The position numbers and the translations under genes were made by a program. A stretch of DNA of 64,000 nucleotides, from the NCBI RefSeq assembly GCF_006345805.1, contig NC_043005.1, forward strand, positions 97,960,001-98,024,000, written 5' to 3'. Within the stretch, counting starts at the first letter, position 1, and each line of letters starts with the position of its first letter. Origin of the DNA: Octopus sinensis. Taxonomy: Eukaryota. Below, piece by piece: positions 61,736 to 64,000 of the stretch. Below the pieces are notes generated by a model that saw only the letters and a list, made by a program, of their open reading frames with translations, did no database searches and was not told where the DNA came from.

Positions 61736-62789
61736 ATATATATTTAATACATTGTATATATGGACACACACATACATATACATATATATGTGTGTGTATA
61801 AGTATGCATGTATAAATGTGTATGTGTATGTGCATGTGTATGTGTGTGTGTAAGTATGCATGTATTAACGTGTATGTGTGTATACATATGTGTGTGTGTA
61901 TTTTATGATTTTGCTTAGGCCTAGGCCAATTGTTAGAACTTAGTGCTTTAGAATAGTAGTTCTGAATCAGGGTTCATATGACCCTTGGAAACTAATATAA
62001 CATTTTTTGGGATAGACACTAACAAAATGGTAAACTGGGGCACCACAGCAGTATTTTAGGGGTGTCATTAAAAAATTTTGCTTTAGCCATAGTAATTGCA
62101 ATAAACTACTAGTTCTCTTTCTCTAACACTTAACATAGTTCAACATGTTCCCAGCCAAGGAAACAAGTTCAGTTAAAGAGGGTTATTGCAAGCTCACACA
62201 AATGAATGGGTGAAAAAGGAAATAGGAATATTGAAACCAGTATCAATAAACTAATTTTAAAAGATGGGATGGCTATGGGGTTCCACCAGAGTAAAATAGT
62301 AATCATAGAGGTCCATAAGTAAAAAAAAATGGTTGAGAACCACTTCTTTAGAGCAAAGCAATCAGTGAGTACAGTTGTTGCATAACTGTGCTGCACAATA
62401 TGAAGATAAATACGTTTTTTAGTTGCACTTATTTTCAAACTCATTTGGTCTAAGAATGTGCATATTGGAACTAAAATAATTGCATCTTGGAAGCCCCATT
62501 GTAAACATTAAAAAAAACAGACATTATTGTATTCACTCTTAATTTATTATTATTTTTGTCATTATAATAATCACACATACACACACATACGCGTACACGT
62601 GCACACACCACACACACACACATACACACACATACGCGTACACATGCACACACACACACATTAAACTTCACTACTGATACACTACTTCACCTGTATCTGT
62701 TAAATGTGTGAAGTTCTTAGAGGCTGTATATTAGATTTATTTCATTTTTATATTTTTTTAACCTAATAATATTAGTTCTTAAACATAGG

Positions 62790-63005
62790 ATGGTGAACTG
62801 GCAGAATTGTTAGCCTGCCAGGTGGAATGCTTAGTGGCATTTTGTCTGTCTTCACATTCTGAGTTCAAATTCCAGTGAGGTCAACTTTGCCTTTCATCCT
62901 GTAAGGGTTGATAAAATAAATACCAGTCAAATATTGGGGTCGATGTAATTAACTTCCCCCCCTCCCCTCAAAACCTGATGGCCTTGTGCCAAAATTTGAA
63001 ATCAC
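62790..63005 (+). mobile_element. Family-2 SINE, degraded
   Basis: CTGGCAGAATTGTTAGC...TTCTGAGTTCAAATTCC..GAGGTCAACTTTGCCTTTCATCC. Confidence 0.8.
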
Positions 63006-63689
63006 TATTAGTTCTCAAAGAGACTCCTTGGCACCGACTCCTGGATTTTAGGAGAGGGGCACAGTGCATTGAGTCAACAACTCATATACATGTTCTGTAC
63101 TTATTAACTGAAATACACATTTGGTACATAGCTTATCAACCAAGATATATAAATCTTAAGGTTTCTATCCTTTGAATTTCTTGAAAGTTTATCTGAGCAG
63201 TGCTGTTGAGATTGGAATTGGTTTATAAGAATTACTTATTAACTACTAAAAGAGAAACATTATCTGCACTAATATTTATTTTGGCTCTTCACCTTTCCTT
63301 CCATGTAACTTTTGCTTTGGCTACAGGCCAAACTTTACATTTTAAAAACAGAAAATATGAATGGTAGCTTTTGGATTTATTACTGAATGTCGTCTCACTT
63401 GCTCACCAGAGTGCAACAGATGCAGCATAATAGAAATTATTCTCTCCAGAGTCTGTATACAAAGCGATGTGTGTGTACTGAATGAGAAACTTCTTGAGGC
63501 AAACTTAATTATAGAAAAGCTTATCTTTTGTTGAAAGAACCTTTGGGATTTGTCAAAAATTACTGAAATGTAAAATGGGGTAAAAAAGAAGAAAAAAAAA
63601 GAAATTGTTCAAATCAAAACTCATTCTTTCAAACAATTTGTGAAATGTGAAGCGCAGTAACAGCAGCTACAAAATGTTTAAATATTTGA

Positions 63690-63699
63690 ACAACAACAA

Positions 63700-63740
<41 letters not shown>

Positions 63741-63752
63741 CCAGCAGCAGCA

Positions 63753-63784
<32 letters not shown>

Positions 63785-63805
63785 AGCAACAATGACAACA
63801 ACAAT
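63690..63805. repeat. (CAA)n/(CAG)n microsatellite
   Basis: Direct periodicity; no surrounding protein-like ORF. Confidence 0.9.
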
Positions 63806-64000
63806 TTAACTATCTATTCTAATTCTTCTATTTGAAGAGGGTTTAAAAGATGGCCACAAGCCCTATCATTTTCCTTGGGCTTAGAAATTAAAATATGTTA
63901 ATTCACATGGTGGTTAAGCTCTTGGAGTCATAATGGTAAAGTCATGGATGTTTAAGAGTAGAAGTAGCATTGCTCTGGCCCCGATAACATTATAATTTCC

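Noticed and set aside
63647-63835. PolyQ/polyS/polyN coding exon
   Set aside because: An isolated CAG/CAA microsatellite without protein-like flanks or convincing splice sites.

Overview
AT-rich animal nuclear DNA made almost entirely of transposable-element copies, their fossils and microsatellites. The repeat families and the (TA/CA/AAT)n density suggest an octopus or other coleoid cephalopod; this is an inference from memory, not a search. I found no supportable host gene, rRNA, true tRNA or CRISPR array. Most ORF-track entries are translations of microsatellites or antisense TE frames. The dominant family is an RTE-clade LINE: three large copies, many 3'-tail-only copies and two apparent 5'UTR+tail derivatives. 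Also present are R4/Dong-type elements stacked in a (TAA)n tract, CR1- and L1/Tx1-type fossils, at least three tRNA-headed SINE families, a fold-back mariner, hAT and Merlin transposase fossils, Helitron pieces and several MITEs. The most notable observations are: (1) a C4HC3 PHD-type finger inserted inside the RTE reverse transcriptase in all three large copies; (2) a variable-number 61-bp double-hairpin array in the RTE 3'UTR; (3) bipartite non-coding RTE derivatives; (4) a duplicated multi-hairpin block with compensatory substitutions at about 38.1-38.9 kb; (5) a Merlin-like MITE carrying TTAGGG repeats; (6) a 259-bp inverted repeat. Coordinates were read by eye; ends of degraded elements are approximate.
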